From Ptychomitrium polyphyllum (taxonomy: Eukaryota): DNA of 64,000 bases. A program made the translations under genes and the position numbers. The DNA lies in assembly GCA_973851085.1 (NCBI GenBank), contig OZ316776.1, forward strand, positions 7,006,001 to 7,070,000. Direction: 5' to 3'. The notes under the pieces are model-generated. The model did not search any database and was not told the origin of the DNA. It saw only the letters and a list, made by a program, of their open reading frames with translations. Shown here piece by piece: positions 1 to 13,252 of this stretch (its first letter is position 1; every line of letters starts with the position of its first letter).

Positions 1-700
1 AATTATAATCTCATACACTAAATCACCTAAGAATTAGTACACATGCACTTGTGAGAAGAAGCTCTTGCACAGATATTGGAGGCGATTCGAATAAAGGCGG
101 AAGACCACCCAACTCCGTCAACTACACCTGAAAGATCAAATAATCTCACCGAAGAACAACCATACCAACACGTAATAACAAAATCCTTATCCCTGATATA
201 TTCTTCTCCAAACCCGAGTCCAGTGAAAGCTTTGAAACTCCCCTTCCTCAAATATACATTTGCAAGCATTCACTCCAAACACCGTCCTCGAAGCGCTAAC
301 TTGCACTAACAAAGCATGCAATGAAGACATTTTCATAATCAACTAGAATGCCTTGCACCGCTGGCACAACGATGCAGACCGTTTCGCAGAGCAAATGATT
401 TTGAAATTTTATATCTGCCGCACTCTTGGTTCCAAAACTTATAAATTATCAATGTGCACCTCCCCTTGCTTAAAGCTTTTCAACTGTACCAAGAACTTTC
501 CCATTACGGTACTTGGCTTTACGGTTTGGGAGATTTAAGATATAACCACAAACAAAATAAACAAACTCTCTCCCTAGATATGTTGACTAGTACACCACGT
601 GCCTTGATCCAACCATGGCAGCCAAGTTCGCGGTGCAAACCTGTGCAAACCCTAGTATATATAGAAAGTTTACAACATATCCTTGAAACCTAAACTTGCA

Positions 701-1100
701 CCATCAGAGCACTCAAAGAATTCCCTGATTACAACAGTTATCGAGGGAAGCGAAGAGGAACCTTGATCTGCGAGAGGAGGTTGTCGCTGGTATCCACATC
801 ATCCTTATGACATGAAGCCTTGAACTTGTGGAACCACCAGCTGATATCCGCGAACCTGGCCTCCATAGTGAAGGAAGGAAAACCTCACGAAATGAGCTGA
901 AAAGAGAGAACTGCACTGTGGATACGAGACAGGAAATGACGGGTATACGAACGTGCAGGTGCCGTGGGATTGTGCATGCAGAAACAGAGGCAGTGAGAAC
1001 ACGAGCAATCGCATGAAGACTACAGACTCGCTTCATTCACATACAACTTGGTGTTGAAAAAACAAAATCCTAGGTTTCTCCTTCACCACGACGACTCGAC
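701..1100 (-). other. Possible first (5' UTR) exon of a gene running leftwards out of the window
   Basis: GC-richer segment with a minus-strand donor-like G|GTGCAAG near 700, telo-box AAACCCTA at 647-654 and promoter-like motifs to the right. The 107-aa ORF at 713-1036 has no recognisable domain. Confidence 0.25.
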
Positions 1101-1112
1101 CAACGCTCCTAC

Positions 1113-1212
1113 GTTCCCACGATCTTATGTTCCCCCAGGAATTTCCCATGTTCCCAACTGTTCCCGAGTTCCCGCGCTTCAGAGTCCTCAATTTCTTTGA
1201 GTGTGACGTTCC
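1113..1212. repeat. Cluster of GTTCCC motifs in a putative promoter
   Basis: GTTCCC at 1113, 1129, 1150, 1160 and 1168, with variants at 1142 and 1208. Confidence 0.75.
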
Positions 1213-1659
1213 TATTTATTAGCCAGCTTACAAACAGTTAAAAGGGTAGAGTTTGGATAAATTAATTGAAATATGCAATGTTGAAAATTTAACTAATTTT
1301 TCCTTTCTCCTAACCAATGGAAAATAGTTCTTCATATCAACTTTTACCATCCAAGATTTGATAAAGAAATAATAGTAACAATTAATAACATTTTAAGGAG
1401 TAAATTTAGAAACTTAAATTTTAAGCTTTCAAATTGAAATATCTCAATAAAAGCTTGATTTTTTCAATTCAAAGTAGCAGTTTCGAATATAATTTTAGTA
1501 TTATCATTGCATTCTTTAAAGGATGTTACTTTTTGAACCGTACTGTATCTAAATATCACAATTCGAGTATGGTTGAATTCCATCAGAGTTATCAAGGAGA
1601 TCTCCCTTAAAAAGCTTTTACTAGTCATTCCAAATCGATTGCACGGACCGAGTTTCCCC

Positions 1660-1667
1660 GCGCGAAA
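1660..1667 (-). promoter_or_regulatory. E2F-type site (TTTCGCGC)
   Basis: GCGCGAAA on + matches the plant E2F consensus WTTSSCSS. It lies in the intergenic region upstream of the PP2A B'' gene; function is untested. Confidence 0.3.
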
Positions 1668-3794
1668 AACCAAAGTCGTCGTTCAACAAGGCCAGCATCA
1701 TCATCCACGTTGCATTCCTCCTCTCCTCGGGCAGCTCATACAGAAAATTCAACCTCTGACCGCAGGTGTGGACGCGCTGAAGAAGACGAGGAAGAGTGAA
1801 AATTCAAGAAAACCTTTACGGTGCACGAACCTTCGGAGGTTCGACAAGACTCAGTCACGGCGAGCCACGTGTTAGAATCTAATAGACTCCTTCTCAGTGA
1901 ATCCAGCTCAGTTCAATACAAATGATGTGATACAAAAATTATTTTAATCGATGACTTGCCCCAACCACTGCCCAGGCGCGTCTTGGACACATCCAAGGTG
2001 CACTAAATTCTAGGATTCCGTTTTTCAAAGTCTTTTGAAAAAAAACCATCTTGAACCGTTCCCAGTCAGCCGAGCCTCCAGAACCTCTCCTATCCAGCCA
2101 TGTGGATAGGCCGTGAGATCAATTCCCCAAAAACCGTCACAAAAGCTCAATTATCTAATGCTGGTATACATTTTGACTCAAACCAGGAACTGTCACTGCA
2201 TTTTAAAAACCTGCCAATTATCAATTGAATTCATACATTTCTCGTGCATTCCCATAATAGGTATTGTCCCAAAAACTAATTTTGTCTACCACTGCGCGAC
2301 AATTCTACGCAATGAGATCTAGCCAGTGTGTAGATATTCTTCAGCCTGCAACAGTAACACTTTGGCAGAAGAAGAAATACTTAAATTCCAGCAACTTTAA
2401 TTTACATACTGAAAAATTGTAGGACTCTGGTGGACATTATCAGTTGTGGGTGGAGTGACGGTTTTAGGATGTTAGTGTGAAATATGTGATAACTGCAGTT
2501 AAGCGGTCGGTTTTCGGATACAGTGACGGTTTTAAAGTATGAAACCCTGCGAGTGTGTGTCCGAATTTTTATTTGTTTATTTGGTCCAAATTTGATTTCC
2601 TGGTTATTCTGTTCAGACTGCAGTGTCTGAGAGAGAGTGGCAGAGGTTCACAAGGTTGGCTGTGGCTGCACACTAGTCGTCATTTGCTTGTTTCCTGTCC
2701 GCCCGACCTCGCTCCCGCTCCGTTGCCTACCACCGTCCGCCGACTGCCTCATCGATCCTGTGTTCTTGTTAAAGTTCCGCTATCGTTTCCGGTGCTGAGG
2801 TTACCTGCGAGTTTTGGCGCTTACTCGAGTCCTTGCTGCGCTTCGTTGCGCTACAAACAGGTTAGTTTGCTTTGCGGTTTCTTCTCTGGTGCGTCGTGTG
2901 CGATAGTTTTTTGATTATTTTTCAAGAGGAGAGTTTAGTTCTTGCAGGAGGTTCGTTTGTTTGTTTGTTCGTTTGTTCGTTTGTTTGTGGAGTTGTTCTT
3001 GGTGCCGGTCTTCGTTTCGCCAGTCAGGTTAGTTTGTTTTGTGATTTCTTTATTATTCCGGAGCGTAGTTTCGAGATTGCTGTGAAAGGAAAGGTTTAGA
3101 CGAGGCAGGTTGCTGGAGGAGGTGAGGTTTGTTTGTAGCGTTTTTGTTCCAAGCCGCTGTTTACTTTAGTGCGTGCTATATGTTCTAGTCTCCATGCTTG
3201 GCCGTGCTGTGTGTTTTGATGTTTTGAAGAGGTTCTTCGTTGGAAGTGGTGGATAGCTTTTGTTTGTCGCTGGTTTCTCGTTGTTTGAGTGTTGGAGGGA
3301 GTGGGTTTTTGCGTTTTAATAGTGTTTTATCGGGAGTTTCGGTTCTTTTTGTTTTGGTGAGGTACTGTTTTATTAGCGTGTTAGGTCTTTAAGCACGGCG
3401 TTTAATTTTTGGCGTTATCTTACATATTCGAAGGGTTTCTGATGGCTTAGAAACCGGCTATATGGTACCAGGAGTATGTTGTTTACATTGAGAGCTTACG
3501 CCGCCGGTTGTATAATTTGACCGACAATTTCGCGACTACTGAGTACATGTCTGTTTATCTGCAGCGTGTACTATTCTGCGATTCAACTTCAACTTGCGTT
3601 TGTTCTCCAAGGTTTTGCGTGATAGGAACATCTTCAAGCTTGAAGTGAACAAGAGACTCAGTCGTTCTCACGAAACGTCGATTTTAGAAGGTAGCCTGGT
3701 AGAGCTTTCTTAGCATCAGTAAACGTTAACTTTGGTAGCATTGAGGGAGGCATCTGTGTTTGTGAATTGCGTGCTTTATCGACGCACATGAGCG

Positions 3795-6700
3795 ATGGAG
3801 TCACCTATGGCCGTAGACGCGGGAATCTTGAACTCCGACTTATTGTATCTTCCGCAAGATCTACCGTCTCCTTCTGGTAAACCAGCTGCAGAAAAGCTTC
3901 TTGACGACCTCTTCTCACAATGGCTTTCTCTCCCTGATGCTCAGCGTGTGGTACGTATCACTTCTAAAATTTTCTTTTTCTGGGAACAAGTTAGTCCTCT
4001 CGCTACCTACTATTCTGATTCAACTTATATGCTTCTCGAGTTCTCTTCTTGTTCTTCCTGTTGATTCTGTTTAGACATTTGCCATCTGCTCCACCCTCTC
4101 TAGTTCGTGACTTCCTGAATCTGATTTCTACCAAAAGTTTACTGGTGATTTTGAGTTACTCATTTCTGTGAATTGTGGATTTTAGAGCGACTATTAATTA
4201 TCCCAACTTATTTGACAAGTATTGATGCATAGTGGCGGAGTTTAAAAGAACACTTTATACTCTAGATTGATTTAAGAGCGCCTATAGTGGAATGAAGTCC
4301 TGTTGCTTTATGGAGTATCATTTTCCCGGCTTGCAGTCTATTACATTAAATTTTTGAAATTAGATAATGCTTTGCATAAGATTAATCACGTTGATCAGTA
4401 CTTACAACCCAGTCAGCTGTTTTCAGTAACTAAGAATTATCCAATATTGATCTAAAAATCGGCAGAATACAAGGGCCCGACTATACAGGCACTCTTAGCC
4501 AATTTAAGTGTAATGTCACAATCAGCTATTTGTACCATTCGTAGTCATAAGAGAACCATGCTTAGCATGTACAGGGATCGTCGCTCATTACAGACCATTT
4601 GGAACGAAATCTGAAAAGGAAAGTGATTACAGTTGTTTAGGGCTCTGTTTCGTTGAGTGTCACAATTGTTTCCCTTAGGTTGGGTAGCTGTTGTATGATT
4701 GTGTGCAGCAGGAGGATGTAGCTGTCTAAAGTTTTTGGTTTAATGAGCTGTGTGCTAGTGCAACCACGGCAACTTGGACCTTAATGTCAGGCTTGTTTAG
4801 TCTTTGCTTAGACCTTTGGTGAGAGTGGTACATCTTCTGACCTATTTGCAGCTACCGTTTTCTATGTAGTGGAGTAAAGCGTGTGTAGTGTTTTAGTTGT
4901 ATGATAGTCGAGATCAAATATCAATTGGTAGTCTGTTTCCCCAGGGATCAATCGTCAAGTGATAGTTTGCTTGCCTGGGGAATTCACTTGCAAAACCATA
5001 TAACGTTTGTGGATTAAAATATAGGGTGTTTTTGATTTCATAAGGATACAATTTTGTTTTTAAGAAGTAGTACATGGTGTTTTAGAAATGGCCCAAGATG
5101 CTTTTGAGAATGTATCTATGACATACCATAAATATTATCTTAAATTGTAGAGTTTTCTCATTATGCGAGAGGCCTTTTTAATTACTTAGCTAATGCACGT
5201 GATATTCAGAGAACGATAGGTTATCTCCCAGGTCTGTGACCATGCTGTGACCCTCTGAGATTGGAAAGCCGCTGATCAAATTCTTTGTACAATTGGGTAA
5301 CGTGTAGTGACCAGAGTTTCTTATGTTTTTTCACATTGTTTGAGACGTGGTGCCTACTGGATGGGGTATTTTGAATATTGAATAGTTTCTGGCTACAGAA
5401 AATTAAAAATGGAGGTAACAACTTTGCTATAAAATTTTCAATTCTATTTTCTCCAATAGCAGAGGGCCTACTGGTACATATAAGTTCAAGTCATTGTTGG
5501 CTTTGACTGTTAGTATATTGCTGTTCTGCGTGCCACTATAGCTTGCGTTCTTTGTGTTTACCCCCACAAATTAAATATGTTGCCTTTTGTAACCAGGTCA
5601 TGGCTCTGCTTCAAGAAGCTCATGGAGAAGTATCACCAGAAAATCAAAGCAATACTTCGACATCGCTAAATCCTACAACATTTAAGGAGGGCTCTACTCC
5701 ACCATTGTCACCTCGCGCCTCTCAACTTTCACCAAGGTCGCAAAGGCGCTTGAGTGGACACACCACCTCTGGCTCCCCTCTAAGTAAAGCCAGTGATCCT
5801 ATTCGAGAAGTGATTCCTCAGGTATCTGACAGGTTGGCCATCGATACCTGCATGCAACCTTCTTGAACAGGAAGAAGTTGATTGTATGGTTCGGGTCATG
5901 CGTTCTGGACGTTTTTGAATCAATATTGTTTCTGCTTGTAGGGCCTATTTATATGAATGTATATGGCTTTTGAGAAAAAGGGTAGTAATGCTCCCCTGCA
6001 TAGAAGGTCGTATTGGTCTAGTATTGATTTTATGTAGAGCTTGCTGGGCAAAATATACATATAACTTGTGCTGACGGGTCTATTTGGATGGTGGGTCGCT
6101 TGTTGCTTGCAGTTCTATTTTCCAAAAGGATTGCCTGCCTCAAACGATGCATATGCTGAATGTCTGAATCGCGTAAACCAGATATTTTCTGGTTATTCCG
6201 ATGGTCTACCACTTTCTGGTTTGTTTTTAGCCCTGGCCTCTGTGTAGCAATATAATGTATTTTATAGTCGATTAATCAGTTTCATCGTTAGTTTTAATGT
6301 GCTGGAAATAGGTTGCTTCAGTGTTCTTACGCATGAACTTGATATTTATTTCTGTAGCATTCATGCCCGTTACGAAGGAGATATGCAAGTTGCCATCCTT
6401 CTTCTCGAGCATATTATTTGAAAAGCTGGACGTCAACAACACGGGACTGGTTACCAAGTTAGTATTATCAAAGCCTTCATAATATAGCATTTATGTTATC
6501 ATATATGATTTCACATCTATGTTTTTACTGATAGTCACGCTGTAAGTTGTTTTTTGGAGTTATGAATGACTGGTTTGTATATGATGTTTAAAGTCTCGTG
6601 CCTGGTAATGAAGCTATTGACTGCTTGTATTTATTTTATTCCTGAGTTGATTCTTCTAAGGCCTATGAGGTACTGGGTTGTGTGCTTCTTATGACAGTTT

Positions 6701-9229
6701 TTTTGAGTGCTAAAAGGAGACAATAATAGCCTCCTCTCTTCATGCGTAGTGTAGTAGACATGTAATGAGGCATAGTAAGCGAATTTAACGACAATATATC
6801 CTTGTGTTGCAGGGAAAGGTTAATAGATTACTGGCTTAATCAAAACATGCTGACAGCTGATGGTGCCACACGGATATTCACAGTTTTGAAGCAGCAAGAA
6901 AAAGATCATCTTACCCAGGTCGATATATTTTTAAATTCTTATTGTTTAAGTTGACTTTCATTATACTAAAACTTTCATATTATTTGTACTCCTATGACCG
7001 CAATGTAATTCTGAGATTCAGTTGTGAATGCACAAACTCGAACTTGAAAAATGAATCTATCTTACAAATTCAGAAACTGATGATTTGATTGTGATGTGGG
7101 CAGGATGATTTAAGACCCATACTGCGTGAGCTCTTGTTGACGCATCACGGTTTAGAGTTTCTGCATGATACTCCGGAGTTTCAAGATAGATATGGTACGG
7201 GGCATTATGTCAACGAACCAGCAATTTCTACGTGTATTTTAGGTTTTACATGGGTTTTGTTCAGTATTTGACAATCCTTATGTTTTTAGTCAGAAAAAGT
7301 TTTAGCTTTGCCTCTGTTGCTTTCTGATTGAGGCAGATGAAGTTTTGCTTGTCAATGAATTGAATTTGTGATATTTTTCTCACCTTTGCAGTGGGATGTT
7401 CGTTTGGTGATCTCTGCAGCAGAAACAGTGATATTTAGAATCTTCTACCATTGTAATAAGGCTGGTAACGGACGGTTGCAGCTTAGAGAAATCAAGAGGA
7501 GCAATTTGGTTACTGCCTTGCAGCAAGTCGATGTGGAGGAGGACATTAACAAAGTTTTGAAGTAAGTACTAACCTGATATGTATAGGGAGTTGACATGGG
7601 TGATTGAAGATCTTTACTCAGGGAAAGCAGTGAAAAGTTTATGGCTGCTTTTGCAGTTCATGAACTACAGGCATATGTGTCTTTCCTGTTGTGTACGGTG
7701 ATTTGCCGGAGTGTAAGTGCAGGTATAGATGTTGCATTGATTTAAACTCACCTGCCACTTTTGGGCACTTCATTTAAAATCATGATCATGCTTATGTCTT
7801 AACGCTGATCTAGTTTAGCATGGTAGCAAAGTTTACAATATATGACATTCTTTGAATGCATATGGTGGAGCGCAGGTATTTTTCATACGAACACTTTTAT
7901 GTTGTTTACTGCAAGTTCTGGGAGTTGGACTCCGATCATGATTTTCTAATTGATAAGGACGACTTATTGCGATATGGCAACCATGCACTTACATATCGAA
8001 TTGTAGAGCGTATTTTCTCTCAGGTAGGGCCAAACATGTCTCTGCCCTGCCCTGTGACATTTAAAAACATGATTACACAATATAGCCCCTTTTCAATTTT
8101 TAGTTGTTGCATATTTGGACATTTTCTCGTTGACATGTAAAGAATATTTTGGTTTCTCACTAAAATGTTAAGATCTATTTGCTAACAAAATTTGCTTGTA
8201 ATTGATAGGTGCCAAGAAAATTTAAAAGTGGAGCTGAAGGAAAGATGGGATATGAGGATTTTGTATGGTTCATATTGTCGGAAGAAGACAAGACCTCGGA
8301 AACCAGCCTTGAGTACTGGTGAGTTTATCCTGCAATTGTTTCCCCTACAGCCTGCTTGCTTGCATTTTAAAGAGAAGTTGAGCGGGATGGTTGCTCTTCT
8401 TAATCTATTGTGTTCTGACATGACATGAATTTGGGATCAGGTTCAAGTGTGTGGACCTGGACTGCAATGGTGTGATTACTTCAAATGAAATGCGTTATTT
8501 TTATGAAGAGCAGCTGCATCGGATGGAGTGTATGGCGCAGGAACCCGTTTTGTTTGAGGATATTGTTTGCCAAATGTGTGACATGATTCATCCTAAGGTA
8601 AGCTCTCTGACTTGCGTGCAATATTGCCTTAATTTTTCTGTATAGTTCGAGTTTGTTGCAGAGAGATAACTTAGCAATGGATCTATGAAGACTGTATGTT
8701 GGAGCATTTTACTCTCCTGTAAATCTTTGTATATTTGCCGTTCGAACTTATGTTACTACTCGTGCCCTCTTTGGTTTCTAGGTGGAAGGTCACCTTACAC
8801 TTCGGGATCTAAAGTACTGTAAACTTTCTGGAAACTTTTTCAACATACTTTTCAACCTCAACAAATTTGTGGCATTTGAGACTCGAGATCCGTTTCTGAT
8901 TAGACAGGTAAAATTATATAGATGATACTGATTTCATCAAATTGGAACTATTACGATAAAATATAGCACGTAGGCCAGCATGCTCTACCTACTCACTTTG
9001 ACTTAGTTATCATATCCAGGCACATTTCATCTTCTTTGCTTACTTGTCAATGCTCGTGCTGATATTTTATTTTATTTCAATTCTTCTGCAGGAGAGAGAA
9101 GATCCTACACTCACCGAGTGGGATCGATTTGCGCATACCGAGTACATCCGTCTGTCAATGGAGGAGGATGGTGAGGATGCTTTCATGGATGGCTGTGCTG
9201 AAGTCTTGGACGATGCTTTTGAGTTCTAG
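3795..9229 (+). CDS. Protein phosphatase 2A B'' (PR72/EF-hand) regulatory subunit
   Basis: GT-AG exons splice in frame: 3795-3950, 5597-5821, 6113-6218, 6358-6457, 6813-6918, 7104-7194, 7420-7561, 7876-8023, 8209-8318, 8441-8597, 8782-8907, 9092-9229. Hallmark motifs: [50 protein letters not shown]-hand [30 protein letters not shown]. Confidence 0.96.
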
Positions 9230-12200
9230 CCTGCCGAAGTATTTTCTTTTTTCGTTTTTATCCTGGGGGCAGAGTTTGGAACAGTCTATAATGTCATCGT
9301 GCTTGTCATTGTGCAAGCCAGGTGTCTACTGATCTCGATATTGGGCACTGAGCACCAATACTCATACGCCACTGCACAGAAAATTCAGAATGGTTTATCC
9401 AGTTTACTTGTCAGGACGACAGTTGAGCGTAATGTTTTCAAGCAGAAGCTCATCCTGTACAGGCTCTTCACTATATAGTATCCATGTATTGTACATGTTA
9501 CAAAGCACATTTAAGTATAACCTTTTTCAAGGCGGCTTGAAATAGGATTGGATAAACTCCATGCGAGTGGTTAGATAGGTCTATCATTTAAGTAAGAAGA
9601 TGGGATGAAGATGTCACACAATGTGCACTGTTGATGAATTCAAGTCTAGAACATTATGAAAGAGAATGTAGACGGTATTCATAATTTATGAACATCACGA
9701 TTCATGAACTCGCCTTTCTATTAAGCATCTATTTTGTCATATTGAGTCAATTGTGGCATCTTTTCTTTTGAAGGCGCAGCAGAGTTGTTTGCATTGTTTC
9801 TATTCGTTAATCTTAGTCGAAACTATTACGAGGATGTTGATTTCAAATAATGCCTATGCAAGCTGATAGCAATCTGCAGAGTGAAACAGCAGACTGCTCT
9901 CTATTTGGTGGTGCTCTAGTGGAACTGACGCATGACTTTTGGACATGTGGTCGATTGCAATGGCTGCTTAGGATATTATTGTCTTCGTTTCACGTAAAAG
10001 AGTATCAACTCAATTAGTATAGTCTCCATTGTTTTTTCTTTAACTGTGGTTAAAGAATCTAAGTCAGACGAGGTTTGACTTCTCTCGTTTTATTTCTGAG
10101 GGGATAGATTGATACATCTTGCCACGTTACATTTATTACGTTTGCTTCGAATGCTTGATGCTGTCTTCGACCAGAAGAAAAATGAGCCAGGTGAAGCAGT
10201 GACACTCATATGTACGTACTAGGGTTAGAAAAACAGTTTGCCTTCATTTCATCATGGCAGTTTTATGCAACATTTGCTAAAACTTATTGCAAAGTTCATG
10301 TGTGCGAAATGACTTTTCAAGGAGTGATCAAATCGAGGTTAGAGTATTACCACTACTGATATGTCCAAGAAAGAGGAGAGGAAGTACATTAATTCTCCAC
10401 ATTCATTCAACTGAGCTACAATTTAGGAAGTCCTTGTACATCACATGTTTAGACAAAAGAACACCTCAAATTGAAATCAACTTTTCAAAAGAAGGGTAAT
10501 AAAGAAAAATGCTCTTAACAATGACTGGGTTTCATAATGCTACTTACAACTTTGTTTTCTCCTATCAAAATGATTGTGCTTCTATCTAAAGATGAAACAA
10601 CACGATGAGTTTCATCAGGACTAGGGTTTGTGTCCAAAATCTGGGAATTGCCATTATCTGCATCCATGTGGAAAATCTCATATTTCTAAACCTTCTTACT
10701 ATGAACAGTGTGTGGTGGTATGTAAGCATCATCACCTCAATCAAAGGAAACCTCTAGGTTTTTCTTCCACGGTTTGAAAATGAAGGAGCCTAGATCTTCT
10801 TGTACTTCATGTAACCTGACTAGAGAACAAATAACTCTCCCTAGTCCTTTTTCGCTCTCTTAGGTAGTCATGAAGCTTTCCATTGCAAAACCTTGACAGT
10901 ATAGATAAAATTTGTGAAATTAAATTCTAAACACAATCTCCAATAACGGTCTGCTGGCCTACTGTTGCAGTTTACGCTACATGTAGAGCTGCTGGTTACC
11001 CTACAGATAACAGTACTGGTTTGACTATTGGGCCTTTGTAACTTCTATTGCAAACCAAATCTTTTATATCTTCACACACACAAAAACCGAAAAACAAATA
11101 ATAAAAATCTTACACCTGGAAACCTCTAAAATCAAGCCTCAAACTTAAAACTTCTTCTCCAAGGAAATATTGTGATTATTATGGAACTTCAATTAAACAA
11201 AACTGCTCGCTGCAAAAGTTTGTTATGAAAACCAAAAAATAAAGAGGTGAGAACAAATCCTCAATTAATATACTTTTGTTGCAAATATGTTATGTAAACA
11301 AAGTAACAATTGATATTTAAAAAAATATTATTCTATAGCATTAAATTCAAAAGTATGAAAAGACATGTACATTTTAAAATTAAAATAGTATCAATTTCAT
11401 TGTATAACAATATTTTTGGTTTATCATTTTATTGTATTAAAATTTATTCTTATCAAGACTTTAAATTTAATAATAATTGTAAGAGAAAATTGTATTGATG
11501 ATTATAGACACAAAACATGCTAACAGTGGCAACAAAGTCATGCTGATTGGTAGTAATAAATGTTGAACATTAATTTTGTAACAAACTCAACATTAGTTGT
11601 AACATTAAAATAAGTGAGATCATCAAAAAAATTAATTTAAATCACTTCTTCGTTGACAAGGGTTAATATGTATAAAGCATCATTATAAACTTGCTGTCAA
11701 TGAATTTATTCAATAATTTTCATTCTCGTACATTTTATCAAATTTACTTTTTCTTTGAAGAATGTTCAATAATAAGGCTCAAAATTGCTTAAAAAGGCTT
11801 GTAAAGATTGAAGGTTGTAAAATTGAAGAAGATAATAAAATTTGAAGGTAATATGACAGATTGAGACAATAGAGACTAAGGATGAGATATAAATGTGGAG
11901 CAACAAAGATTAGGGATTTAAACAAGGATAGGAATTCAAAAAGAAGTAGAGATTTAAACAAAGCAAAAAGGTTCAATCTCAAAATGGAATTAAAATGTTC
12001 AAAGTGACAAAATATGGTTAGAAAATACTGATTTTTTTGTGCTTTAATGAATATCAAAGTTTCAAAGTGGTTGTTTAACTTGTTTTTTATATAATGGATT
12101 AGGTGCTAGTACTTTAGAAGTTGAAATATTGTATTGAATTCCATTGTATGTAATGACATGACAATATAAGGTTGACAATGACAAGAAGATTGTAGATGAC

Positions 12201-12902
12201 ATGGAATGATTGCCCACTTTTTTTGACTTCTTTCATCTTTCAATCTTAATGCTTATTCTAAACTTTATAACTATTTTGGTGTAACTAACTAAGATTTTGA
12301 AAAAATGAATTTGCAAAGGAATGTTTTTAAATTTCATAGTATGTAATTGAGTTGGAAAAAAAAAATTTAATTCAATTTAATTAAGTGATACAATAAATGT
12401 TAGCAACAATTAAAGAAACAATTGGAAGAAGGTTCCTCATACCAAGTGTTTTATTCCTATAATGCCTTCAATACATAGTTTTTGTTTGTTTTGCAAATGT
12501 TTATTATTACAATTTTACAATTTTCATGCAATTAAACAATTGGTAATATTCTTTATCAAAGAAGGCTTTTGATGCTTATTGTTCTAAACAATGATCATCC
12601 AATATAGTCTTTAAAAATCTTCTAGAACCTTAATACATTGTAGTAGCTTTTTAGAATCCTTTCAGTGCTTCTATAACTATTCTACATTCTTAAAAAATTT
12701 GTTAATAAGATTGCACTTCCGTAGAAAATTTCTTAAGAAAATTCCACCTTCATAGAAAACTTCTTATGAAGGTTTTATAGACTTCTAAAACATTCTTAAA
12801 CTTCATAAAAGGCTTCTTTGGAAGTATCATGGGAAACACAAGCGCCATAATATGAAAAAGAGGCAAGACAAGGTATACCTTGTTCTTGTCACGGACATTG
12901 AT

Positions 12903-13252
12903 TGTAATAGATATATTTATTAGAAGCATCTAGAAAGGTTTTTAGAAGGTTTAGGAAGCTTCTAAGGAAATTATTTAAACGTAGGAAGCTTCCAAAGAAG
13001 CAATTCAAAGTTGCTTGAGTACAAAACAATGTAGTAGAAGCTTTTTAAGAAGCTTCTAAGGCTTGTAGTCTTAATATATATAGGAGTTGAGGCCGAAGGA
13101 ATTTTCATTCTCAACAACACATCTCTTGTGGTCTAACTCAGACCTTCTAGCCTTGTCTTTATACCTTTTTATAGCTCTTTACTTCTTGGACATATCTTAT
13201 TCCATATTCTAAAATCCTAAAACCTTGTCTTGTTGTTACTTTGTCCGTAATA
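12903..13252 (+). mobile_element. Solo LTR, family B (related to 25273-25770)
   Basis: Shares TATTAGAAGCA..., TAATATATA..GGAGT.GAGGC.GAAG and a ...TTTGTCC.TAA.A end with the 25273-25770 copy. Confidence 0.65.

Noticed and set aside
11250..12560. AT-rich tract as a Helitron or DNA-transposon relic (also 43100-44300 and 52300-54100)
   Set aside because: No termini, TSD or coding motif could be identified by eye.
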